64,000 nucleotides of DNA. Source: an uncultured Chloroflexia bacterium. GTDB taxonomy: Bacteria; Chloroflexota; Limnocylindria; Limnocylindrales; CSP1-4. The notes under the pieces are model-generated. The model made no database searches. It worked only from the letters and a program-made list of their open reading frames with translations, and had not been told where the DNA came from. The number at the start of each line of letters is the position of its first letter. Position 1 is the first letter of the stretch. Location: NCBI GenBank assembly GCA_963772565.1, contig CAVYXU010000004.1, positions 3,886 through 67,885 on the forward strand, in the 5' to 3' direction. The position numbers and the translations under genes were made by a program. This document shows positions 40,108 through 48,147 of the stretch, piece after piece.

Positions 40108-40940
40108 CGACCGTCCAGAAGCCGTTGCCGGGCCGTGTCGAGGCGGGGCCGACGCCGCCCGTCCTGCCGGTTCCGTCACCCGCGAGCGGGCTCGACCCTG
40201 TGAAGACACCGCCGCCGGTCGCCGAGGCCGCCCGCCCTGTCGACCGGCCCCACGAGCGCGTTCAGCTGTACGTGTGGCAGATCCCCGTGCGCTTCACCCA
40301 CTGGCTGACCGCCGGCTGCATCGTGGTCCTCAGCGTGACCGGCGGCTATATCGCCGATCCGTTCCTCATCGCGCCCGGCGGCGGCGTGATGACGACGATC
40401 CGGTTGATCCACATCCTCACGGCATTCACCTTCCTCATGTCGGGACTGCTCCGGACCTACTGGCTGCTGGCGGGAAACCGCTTCGCTCGCTGGTCTGCAT
40501 TCATTCCGACCTCGCGCTACCAGGCGATGGAGCTGTTCCGCCAGGCCGGGTTCTACGGCTTCATCCGCAAGGAGATCCCGAAGGTCCTGGGCCACAACCA
40601 GCTGGCCGCGACGGCGTACCTCGCGCTGTTCGCGCTCCTGCTCGTCGAGACCGTCACCGGGTTTGCCCTCGACGGCCTGATGGGGTCGGAGCCCGGTGCG
40701 ACGCTGTTCGGCTGGCTGCGCGAGCTGATGGGTCCGCAGCTGCTCCGCCTGATCCACCACCTCGCGATGTGGGCGATCCTCGCGATCGCGCTGTTCCACG
40801 TGTATAGCTGCGTGCTCGTCGATCACATCGAGAAGAACGGGCTGATGTCGAGCATCTTCAGCGGCTTCAAGTTCCCCACCAGGGAAGAGGTCGTCGAGTC
40901 GCGCGACGGCGGTGCGGACCTCCTGGAGCGCATCGAATGA
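40104..40940 (+). CDS. Ni/Fe-hydrogenase b-type cytochrome subunit (HyaC-like)
   Basis: The start overlaps the upstream stop (ATGA). Four TM helices and an RFTHW motif. Confidence 0.85.
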   Translation: MTTVQKPLPGRVEAGPTPPVLPVPSPASGLDPVKTPPPVAEAARPVDRPHERVQLYVWQIPVRFTHWLTAGCIVVLSVTGGYIADPFLIAPGGGVMTTIRLIHILTAFTFLMSGLLRTYWLLAGNRFARWSAFIPTSRYQAMELFRQAGFYGFIRKEIPKVLGHNQLAATAYLALFALLLVETVTGFALDGLMGSEPGATLFGWLRELMGPQLLRLIHHLAMWAILAIALFHVYSCVLVDHIEKNGLMSSIFSGFKFPTREEVVESRDGGADLLERIE

Positions 40941-41476
40941 CCCGCGGCGACCGCCCGATCGTGGTCATCGGTATCGGCAACGTCCTGCTCGGCGACGACG
41001 GCGTCGGCGTCCGCGCGGTCGAGGCACTGGGCCGGATGGCCGAGGCCGACCCCGGGGTGCTGCCTCGCGGCACTCGACTCCTCGACGGTGGGACGCTCGG
41101 GCTCAATCTTCTGAACGACCTCGACGACGCACGGGCGCTCATCCTGGTCGACGCCGTCGACCTTGGACGTGCGCCGGGAACGGTGAGCGTGATGCGGGGC
41201 GATGAGCTCGCTGTCGCGGACGGTTTCCGGACCCCGTCGCGCCAGGGTGGGGTGGGGGAGCTGCTGGCGACCGCGCGGCTGCTCGCGATCCTGCCGCCTG
41301 ACGTGCTCCTGGTCGGTGTCCAGGCGGGCGCGATCAATGTTGGCCAGGCATTGTCGCGCGAGGTCGCGGCGGCGATGCCTGCGGTGGCCGAGGCCATTCG
41401 GCGCGAAGCCCATGCGCTGGCGGGCTCGAGTCCGTCGTCATCCCGGACCCCGGAGCTGGCAGGAGCGGTCTCATGA
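40937..41476 (+). CDS. hydrogenase maturation endopeptidase (HyaD/HybD family)
   Basis: VIGIGNVLLGDDGVG and LVDAV motifs. The start overlaps the upstream stop. Confidence 0.9.
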   Translation: MTRGDRPIVVIGIGNVLLGDDGVGVRAVEALGRMAEADPGVLPRGTRLLDGGTLGLNLLNDLDDARALILVDAVDLGRAPGTVSVMRGDELAVADGFRTPSRQGGVGELLATARLLAILPPDVLLVGVQAGAINVGQALSREVAAAMPAVAEAIRREAHALAGSSPSSSRTPELAGAVS

Positions 41477-42219
41477 GCACCAGGCTCGACCGGGGGCTGC
41501 GCGCCCTCATCGTTGCGAACTTCGTGGTCGTTGCCGCGCTCGCGGGCCTGATGGTCGGCGGGTGGCTCCAGATCCTCCCGGACCTCGATGCACAGCCCAG
41601 CCCGAGCGCGTCCGCGGCGCCATCGATCGAACTGATGCAGATGGGGCTGGCCCACATCCCGACCTCGAACGACTGCCTCCTGTGCCACGACCAGGGCGGG
41701 GAGGGGGGTCTCAAGCCGATCCCTGCGCTCGGGCATCCGCTCGACGGCTGGGGCGCCTGCCTCGTGTGCCACACCAACGAGGACCTGGGTCGCGCGGCAC
41801 CGGGCCATGAGGACATCGCCCAGTCCGAGTGCCTCAACTGCCACACGGTGGCGCAGCCCGGGCCAGCGATCACGCAGGCGCACTCGGAGCTCAACCAGCC
41901 CTGCCTCGACTGCCACGGCAGCGTTGCCCACCTTCCGTCGAGCATGGTCGGGCGCAACCAGGACGATTGCTGGCTGTGCCACAAGCCGGCGGCGGAGAAG
42001 CCACCCCAGGAGCCGCACCCGAACAACCCGAACCTCACCTGCCGGTCGTGCCACCAGGCGTCGAATGTCGGCGGCCTGCCGATCGACCACGCGCTCCGCG
42101 CCGACGACACGTGCGTCCTGTGCCACGACATGGACCGCCTCGGCGCGACGCCGACGCTGCCCGGCACGAGGCCGACCCTGCCCGCAACGACGCCTGTACC
42201 GCCCGCCGACGGAACCTAG
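41473..42219 (+). CDS. membrane-anchored heptaheme c-type cytochrome
   Basis: N-terminal TM helix then seven CxxCH motifs (CLLCH, CLVCH, CLNCH, CLDCH, CWLCH, CRSCH, CVLCH). Each of motifs 2-7 is preceded by a His 8-18 residues upstream. ATGA overlap with the protease gene. Confidence 0.9.
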   Translation: MSTRLDRGLRALIVANFVVVAALAGLMVGGWLQILPDLDAQPSPSASAAPSIELMQMGLAHIPTSNDCLLCHDQGGEGGLKPIPALGHPLDGWGACLVCHTNEDLGRAAPGHEDIAQSECLNCHTVAQPGPAITQAHSELNQPCLDCHGSVAHLPSSMVGRNQDDCWLCHKPAAEKPPQEPHPNNPNLTCRSCHQASNVGGLPIDHALRADDTCVLCHDMDRLGATPTLPGTRPTLPATTPVPPADGT

Positions 42220-42276
42220 GCAGGCTGCGGTCCATACCACTGTTCAGAGTGCACGTGCGCGCACTAATATCTGGGG

Positions 42277-42705
42277 ATGAACGGATCCTCGGGCAACCTC
42301 ATCCGGGTCGGGCAGGCAGCCGAGATGCTCGGCGTGACCGTCGAGACGCTGCGTCGATGGGAGGCCGAGGGCCGTCTCCGGGTTGAGCGCTCGCCGGGTG
42401 GCCAGCGGCTGGTGCCGGTCGCCGAGGTGACGCGCCTGCTCGCCGAGCGTCGCAACGAGACGGCCGACCGGCCCATCGTCGCGCAGTCGGCGCGCAACCG
42501 GTTCGAGGGCATCATCACCCGCGTCGAGAAGGACCGGGTCGCGGCCGTGGTCGAGGTGCTGGCGGGACCGCACCGCGTGGTCAGCCTGATGACGGCCGAG
42601 GCGGTCGACGAGCTCGGTCTCAAGGTTGGCGACGAGGCCGTGTGCGTCGTCAAGGCGACGAACGTGGTCGTGGAGATCCCGTCGAGGCGCGAGACCCGCG
42701 GATGA
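42277..42705 (+). CDS. MerR/excisionase-type HTH plus TOBE (Mop) domain molybdate-responsive regulator
   Basis: N-terminal IRVGQAAEMLGVTVETLRRW HTH and a C-terminal SARNRFEGIIT...VCVVKATNVVV TOBE domain. Confidence 0.85.
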   Translation: MNGSSGNLIRVGQAAEMLGVTVETLRRWEAEGRLRVERSPGGQRLVPVAEVTRLLAERRNETADRPIVAQSARNRFEGIITRVEKDRVAAVVEVLAGPHRVVSLMTAEAVDELGLKVGDEAVCVVKATNVVVEIPSRRETRG

Positions 42706-43530
42706 TGCCGCCTGCCAACCGGGCCGCGCGCGCGGCCCGGGTTGCCCTCGTGTCGCTCCTCGCCCTCGGTGTCGTGGCGGGGTGCACGCTGGCGACCGGT
42801 GGAGACGGCCCCGGGCGGCCGGGCGCCGGTCGAGCTCCGGGTCGCCGCCGCCGCGTCGCTCCGGACCGCCATCGTTGCCCTCCGGGACGCCTACCTGACC
42901 TCGCACCCCGGGACCACGATCACGATCGCAACGGACTCGTCGGCCGCGCTCCGCACCCAGATCGAGCAGGGCGCCCCGTTCGACGTGTTCCTGTCGGCTG
43001 ACGAGGAGAACCCGCAGGCCCTCGCCGACGAGCACCTGGCGGCCGGCGACCCGATCGCGTTCGCGGGCAACTCGGTGGCGCTCGTCGTCCCGGCCGACAA
43101 CCCGGGCAGGATCGCGACGCCCGCCGATCTCGCCCGTCCCGGGATCCGCCTGGTCGCCGCCGGGGCGCGCGTCCCGATCACGACCTACGCCGATCGGGTG
43201 ATCGCCAATCTCGGCTCCATCGCCGGGTACCCACCGGGCTACGCGGCGGCGCTCGGGGCGAACACGGTGAGCCGCGAGGACAACGTGGCGGCCGTGCTGG
43301 CGAAGGTCGAGCTGGGCGAGGGCGATGCCGGGTTCGTGTACGCCACCGATGCCGCGGGCAGCACCAGTGTGCTGACCATCGAGCTCCCCGAGGGAGCCGA
43401 CGTCCCGGCGCGATACGCGGGCGTCGTGATCGCGAACGGCCACGTGGACGCTGCTGCCGGCTTTCTCGGATGGGTGGCCGGTCCGGCCGGCCAGGCGATC
43501 CTGCACCCGCTGGGGTTCCTCGCGCCATGA
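42702..43530 (+). CDS. modA: molybdate ABC transporter substrate-binding lipoprotein, interrupted by a +1 frameshift at about 42807-42828
   Basis: The signal peptide and lipobox (VVAGC) are in frame 0 from ATG 42702. The mature ModA (VAAAASL..., FLSADE, GFVYATD) is in the 42742..43530 frame. Confidence 0.8.
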
Positions 43531-44369
43531 CCGCCGTCCCGGCACCTGGTGGGTCGGCGGCACGAGGTTCGCGCCGGGCCGGCAGATCGTCGCTCGCCGT
43601 GGCGTGGATCCTCGGGTTGGTGCTCGCGCTGCCCGTGGTCGTGCTGGTCGCGAGGGCGGTCGCGGGCGGATCGTTCGCGGCGATGCTCGGCTCCGCTGCC
43701 GTCGTCGACGCGCTGGCGCTCAGCCTGGTCACCACGACGTGCAGCCTCGCGGTGACGATCGTGATCGGAATGCCGCTGGCGTTCGTCCTCGCACGGCGTC
43801 GCTTCCGCGGCTCCGCGCTGCTGGAGACCGTGGTCGATCTGCCGATCGTGCTGCCCCCGGCGGTCGCCGGGCTTGCGCTCCTGCTCGTGCTCGGGCGGCG
43901 CGGGCTGCTCGGCGGACCACTCGACCTGCTCGGCCTCACCATCCCGTTCACCACCCTCGCGGTCGTGATCGCCCAGGTGTTCGTGGCCTCTCCGTTCTTC
44001 ATCCGATCCGCGCGTGCCGGCCTGGCGGCGGTGGACCGCGACGTCGAGGATGCTGCGCGGGTGGACGGCGCGACGGAGGCCGACCTCATCCGCTGGATCA
44101 CGGTTCCGCTCGCGGCGCCGGCGCTCGCGGCCGGGCTGGTGATGGCGTGGGCCCGGGCGCTGGGCGAGTTCGGCGCCACGATCATGTTCGCGGGCAACGT
44201 CGAGGGGCGGACCCAGACGCTGCCGCTGCTCGTGTACGGAGAGTTCCAGGGCGGCGACCTCGATGCGTCGATCGCCGCGGCCGCCGTGCTGGTCCTCGCC
44301 GCGGCCGGCGTGCTGCTGGCGGTCCGGGCGCTCCACTGGGGCCGCGCGCTCGATACGGCGTTCGGCTGA
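43527..44369 (+). CDS. modB: molybdate ABC transporter permease
   Basis: EAA-loop region (DAARVDGATE...PLAAPAL). The start overlaps the modA stop. Confidence 0.9.
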   Translation: MTAVPAPGGSAARGSRRAGRSSLAVAWILGLVLALPVVVLVARAVAGGSFAAMLGSAAVVDALALSLVTTTCSLAVTIVIGMPLAFVLARRRFRGSALLETVVDLPIVLPPAVAGLALLLVLGRRGLLGGPLDLLGLTIPFTTLAVVIAQVFVASPFFIRSARAGLAAVDRDVEDAARVDGATEADLIRWITVPLAAPALAAGLVMAWARALGEFGATIMFAGNVEGRTQTLPLLVYGEFQGGDLDASIAAAAVLVLAAAGVLLAVRALHWGRALDTAFG

Positions 44370-44490
44370 GCTCGCGCCCGCGCTTGTGCGCGACCGGTCT
44401 GCGCCCGTTGCGACCGCCCCACCAGCTGCGACCGGCTGAGCTCGCGCCCGGGATTGCGCGCGGCGGCGCCGGGTAGGCGATGATCTGGCC

Positions 44491-44946
44491 ATGCCGGAGA
44501 CGCTCGTGGTCAGCTGGGAGGCGCTCGATGCCCTGGTCGGGCGCCTTGCCGAGGGCGTCGGTCACGACCACGACCTGGTCCTTGCGATCACCCGCGGCGG
44601 CCTCGTCCCGGCCGGGATGCTGGCGTACCGTCTCGGCTTGCGCGAGATCCTCGTTGCCGGCGCGGAGTTCTACCTCGCCGACGGGCGGACCCACGAGGCA
44701 CCGCGGATCGGCCATTTCCCCGATGCACAGCTGCTCGCCGGGCAACGAGTCCTGGTGGTCGACGAGGTCTGGGAGACCGGCGAGACGATGACCGAGGTGC
44801 TGGCCCGGGTTCGCATCGCCGGAGGCGTGCCGGTGTCGGCCGTCGTCCACTACAAGCCCGGCCGGTCGCGGGTGGACGGGAGCCCGGATCACTACGCTGC
44901 AACCGTTGAGGAGTGGGTGACGTACCCGTACAAGGCTGGCGGCTGA
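44491..44946 (+). CDS. phosphoribosyltransferase (purine PRT-like)
   Basis: VLVVDEVWETGETM PRPP-binding motif. Confidence 0.8.
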   Translation: MPETLVVSWEALDALVGRLAEGVGHDHDLVLAITRGGLVPAGMLAYRLGLREILVAGAEFYLADGRTHEAPRIGHFPDAQLLAGQRVLVVDEVWETGETMTEVLARVRIAGGVPVSAVVHYKPGRSRVDGSPDHYAATVEEWVTYPYKAGG

Positions 44947-45015
44947 ACGAGGCCACCGACCGCTCGGTCCGGCATGCTGCCGGAGCGTCTCGCAGCGTCG
45001 TCCCAGGAGCGTCCA

Positions 45016-45768
45016 ATGCAGCACCATCGATTGCGCACACGCTGGCCCCGGCTGGCTGCGATCCTCGCCCTGGTCGCGCTCATCGCCGCCGGCGCGGGCG
45101 TCTGGTACCTGTTCTTCCGGCCGGCCGGGCCTGCGCCGGTCTCGCTGGCGAGCCTGCCACCGATCGGATCGCCGGCTGCGGGATCGCCCGCCGGGTCGGG
45201 TGGTCCGGCTGTCGGGATCACCGGGACCTGGCGGGTGGATCCCTCGATCGGCTCCGTGGCCGACGGGTCTGGTTCGTTCGTGGGCTACCGGGTGCGCGAG
45301 GTGCTGGCGACGATCGGCGCCGCCGAGGCGGTTGGCCGGACGCCCGACGTGACCGGGACGGTCACCATCGAGGGCACGACGATCACGGCGGCGGAGCTCA
45401 CGGCGGACCTGACGACGCTTCGGAGCGACGAGTCGAAGCGCGACCGCCAGCTCTCGCGCCAGGCCATCGAGACCTCGCGGTTCCCGACCGCCACGTTCAC
45501 CCTGACCGCCCCGATCGAGCTCGGTTCCATCCCCGCAGAGGCGCAGATCGTCGACGCCACCGCGACCGGGGGCCTGACGCTCCACGGAGTGACCAGGTCG
45601 GTCGACATCGCGCTGCAGGCGCGCCTCCAGAACGGCGTGATCACGGTCGCGGGCTCGCTCCCGATCGTGTTCGCCGATTTCGGGATCGAGCGGCCGCAGG
45701 CGGGGGCCGTGCTGTCGGTCGAGGACCAGGGCACGATGGAGCTCCAGCTCCAGCTCACCCGGGGCTGA
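45016..45768 (+). CDS. YceI family protein with N-terminal TM anchor
   Basis: Start MQHHRL preceded by AGGAG. YceI-like beta-barrel region (TFTLTAP...LTLHGVT). Confidence 0.8.
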   Translation: MQHHRLRTRWPRLAAILALVALIAAGAGVWYLFFRPAGPAPVSLASLPPIGSPAAGSPAGSGGPAVGITGTWRVDPSIGSVADGSGSFVGYRVREVLATIGAAEAVGRTPDVTGTVTIEGTTITAAELTADLTTLRSDESKRDRQLSRQAIETSRFPTATFTLTAPIELGSIPAEAQIVDATATGGLTLHGVTRSVDIALQARLQNGVITVAGSLPIVFADFGIERPQAGAVLSVEDQGTMELQLQLTRG

Positions 45769-45771
45769 CGG

Positions 45772-45790
45772 CTCTCAGCGACTTCTCAGG
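45772..45790 (+). promoter_or_regulatory. MprA-box-like 19-bp direct repeat, copy A (ctctcagc-gac-ttctcagg), followed 9 nt later by TTGACT
   Basis: 8+3+8 architecture shared with copies B and C. Confidence 0.6.
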
Positions 45791-46240
45791 CTCCAGCGCT
45801 TGACTATGGGCAACCGCGGCGCTCTGGGTGGTCTCCTCCCCACCGAGAGGGCCGCGGACGTATGACCGGGACGGCGGGCCGACTCCGGCAGGTTGCCCGG
45901 CATCGCTCTCGGTCACCCACCTCGCTCGCGCCTGCCACGGTTTCGCCCAGCTCGCTCGCGCTGACTCACGCGGCGAGTCAGATTCGCCCTTCGCCTTGGG
46001 CGCCGACGCCCGATGGGCTCCAAATCGCCGTGGGCCGCCAGCCGGGATGCGCCGATGATGCGCCCGGTGAGTCGCGGCGAGTCACGGCACCCGACGAGGC
46101 CCGGACAGGCGGGCGGCCGCACAGTCGGGCCAGATCAGCCGGTTCGTCGAGCCGAACCGCGTGGTGTGGACGCCGATGGCCATGGCGCTGCGGGCGCGCA
46201 CGAGCGGCGGCTGATCGTGGGCTCGGGCGGGGTCCGGCAG

Positions 46241-46259
46241 CTCTCACGTCGCTCTCAGG
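46241..46259 (+). promoter_or_regulatory. MprA-box-like 19-bp direct repeat, copy B (ctctcacg-tcg-ctctcagg), followed 9 nt later by TTGACT
   Basis: 57 nt upstream of the protease start. Confidence 0.65.
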
Positions 46260-46315
46260 TGGCGGGCGTTGACTGGGGACCAAGACAACGACCTCCTCGT
46301 CAGGAGCCCCGACCG

Positions 46316-47323
46316 ATGATCCCTCCGTTCACTCCCGCCGACCCCGAGCCGGATCCGTTCGGCCCTTCCGTCCCGCCGCCGCCGATCGCCGCCGGCATCG
46401 CCCCCGACGCGGACCCGCGGGCCCCGGCTGGCCCGGCGTTCCCGCCGACCCCGGTGCCACCGGCAGACCCGATGCCCACGCCGCATCCGGCGCAGCACGG
46501 ACCCGGCCGCCGTGGAGCCGGCCGCCGGCTCGGCCCCATCCTCGCCGCGTCGTTGCTCAGCGCGACGCTGGCTTCGGGCGGCACGGCCCTCGTCGTGCAG
46601 CAGCTTGTCCCGCCGGTCACGGCCTCGCCCGCGGCAACCATCGCGACCGGTACCGCGACCAGCACGACGACGCTCCAGACCGCTGACCTCACCGCGATCG
46701 TCGCCGCCGCACAGCAGTCGGTCGTGACGATCACGGCGGACGGCCTGTCGGTCAGCCGGTTCTCGCCATTCGGCCAGCCCACCTCCGGCGTCGGCTCGGG
46801 GATCATCCTCACCGGCAACGGCTACATCCTGACCAACCGCCACGTGGTGCAGAACAGCACGAGCCTGAGCGTCGAGCTCTCGGATGGGCGAACCTTCCCG
46901 GCCACGATCGTCAAGCAGTTGACCAACAACGACCTCGCCCTGATCAAGATCGACGCGACCGGCCTGACCGCGGCCCACGTCGGCGACTCGGGCGCGATCC
47001 AGGTGGGCGAGACGGCACTCGCCATCGGCAGCCCCCTGGGAACCTATACCGAGACGGTGACGCGCGGGATCGTGTCCGGTCTGGGCCGCCAGATCACCGT
47101 CGCCGACGAGACCACGCGACAACCCACGACGCTCACCGGCCTGATCCAGACCGACGCCGCCATCAACCCCGGCAACAGCGGCGGACCGCTGCTGGACGGA
47201 ACCGGTGCGGTGATCGGGATCAACACGGCGATCGACGCCAGCGCCCAGGGCCTGGGCTTCGCGATCCCGATCAACGCCGCCTCCGACCTCATCTCCATCG
47301 CCACCGCCGGCCAGGGCGCCTGA
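46316..47323 (+). CDS. S1C (HtrA/PepD-like) trypsin-type serine protease without PDZ domain
   Basis: TNRHV, NDLALIK and NPGNSGGPL catalytic triad motifs. Pro-rich N-terminus and TM segment. AGGAG SD upstream. Confidence 0.9.
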   Translation: MIPPFTPADPEPDPFGPSVPPPPIAAGIAPDADPRAPAGPAFPPTPVPPADPMPTPHPAQHGPGRRGAGRRLGPILAASLLSATLASGGTALVVQQLVPPVTASPAATIATGTATSTTTLQTADLTAIVAAAQQSVVTITADGLSVSRFSPFGQPTSGVGSGIILTGNGYILTNRHVVQNSTSLSVELSDGRTFPATIVKQLTNNDLALIKIDATGLTAAHVGDSGAIQVGETALAIGSPLGTYTETVTRGIVSGLGRQITVADETTRQPTTLTGLIQTDAAINPGNSGGPLLDGTGAVIGINTAIDASAQGLGFAIPINAASDLISIATAGQGA

Positions 47324-47425
47324 CGGCGGGATCCGGGGGCGACGCTCCTCGTGACGACGCCCCTCGGATGGAACCGCCACTCCCGCCACGTTCGGGAGCG
47401 GAGGCCGCCATTTCCGGCAGAATGC

Positions 47426-47444
47426 CTCTCAGCGCGCTCTCAGG
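47426..47444 (+). promoter_or_regulatory. MprA-box-like 19-bp direct repeat, copy C (ctctcagc-gcg-ctctcagg)
   Basis: 26 nt upstream of the response-regulator ATG. A GACGCT hexamer follows 9 nt later. Confidence 0.65.
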
Positions 47445-47469
47445 AACGCGATCGACGCTGGGGAACGCC

Positions 47470-48147
47470 ATGCACCTGCTTCTGGTCGAGGATGACGAAC
47501 GCCTCGCCCGCGCTCTGACCCGTTTGCTCGAGGAGGACCGGCACGTCGTCGAGCACGCTCCTGACGGGCGAACGGGGCTCGAGCTGGCAACCGCCATCGA
47601 CGGACTCGACGTGGTGATCCTCGATATCGGCCTGCCGGACATGTCCGGCCTCGACGTCGCGCGACGGTTGCGCCGCGACCGGGTGGACGTCAACATCCTG
47701 ATGCTCACTGCTCGCGACACGGTCAACGATCGGGTCACGGGCCTCGATGCGGGCGCCGACGACTACGTGGTCAAGCCGTTTGCGTACCAGGAGGTCGCGG
47801 CCCGGCTTCGGGCGCTCGCCCGGCGCGCCGAGCCCGGCCCCCGGCGCGCGGCCCCGAGGCTCGAGTGCGGTGCGATCGCGCTCGACGAGACCGCCCGCCG
47901 CGTGACGGTCGAGGGTCGCACGGTGGACCTCAGCCCGCGCGAGTTCTCGCTCCTGGAGGCCCTGCTTCGCCATCCGGGCCAGACGCTGACTCGCGACCAG
48001 CTTCTCGATCACGCTTGGCCGTTCAGCGTGGCCGTGACACCCAACGCGGTCGACGCGTACGTGCACTACCTCCGGACCAAGCTGGGCGATGCCGGGTCGC
48101 AGATCGAGACCGTCCGCGGTGTCGGCTATCGCCTGTCGGATGCCTGA
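47470..48147 (+). CDS. OmpR/PhoB-family response regulator (MprA-like)
   Basis: Receiver domain (LLVEDD, ILDIGLPDMSG, LTARD, KPF) and a winged-helix C-terminus (VRGVGYRL). Confidence 0.95.
   Translation: MHLLLVEDDERLARALTRLLEEDRHVVEHAPDGRTGLELATAIDGLDVVILDIGLPDMSGLDVARRLRRDRVDVNILMLTARDTVNDRVTGLDAGADDYVVKPFAYQEVAARLRALARRAEPGPRRAAPRLECGAIALDETARRVTVEGRTVDLSPREFSLLEALLRHPGQTLTRDQLLDHAWPFSVAVTPNAVDAYVHYLRTKLGDAGSQIETVRGVGYRLSDA

Noticed and set aside
37543-40209. 888-aa minus-strand ORF across the hydrogenase genes
   Set aside because: It lies antisense to two genes with unmistakable hydrogenase motifs. Its composition is Arg/Pro/Gly-rich with no motifs, so it is a shadow ORF. The same reasoning applies to 20437-21903, 26971-28686, 43178-44492, 58543-60045, 18064-19458 and similar entries.
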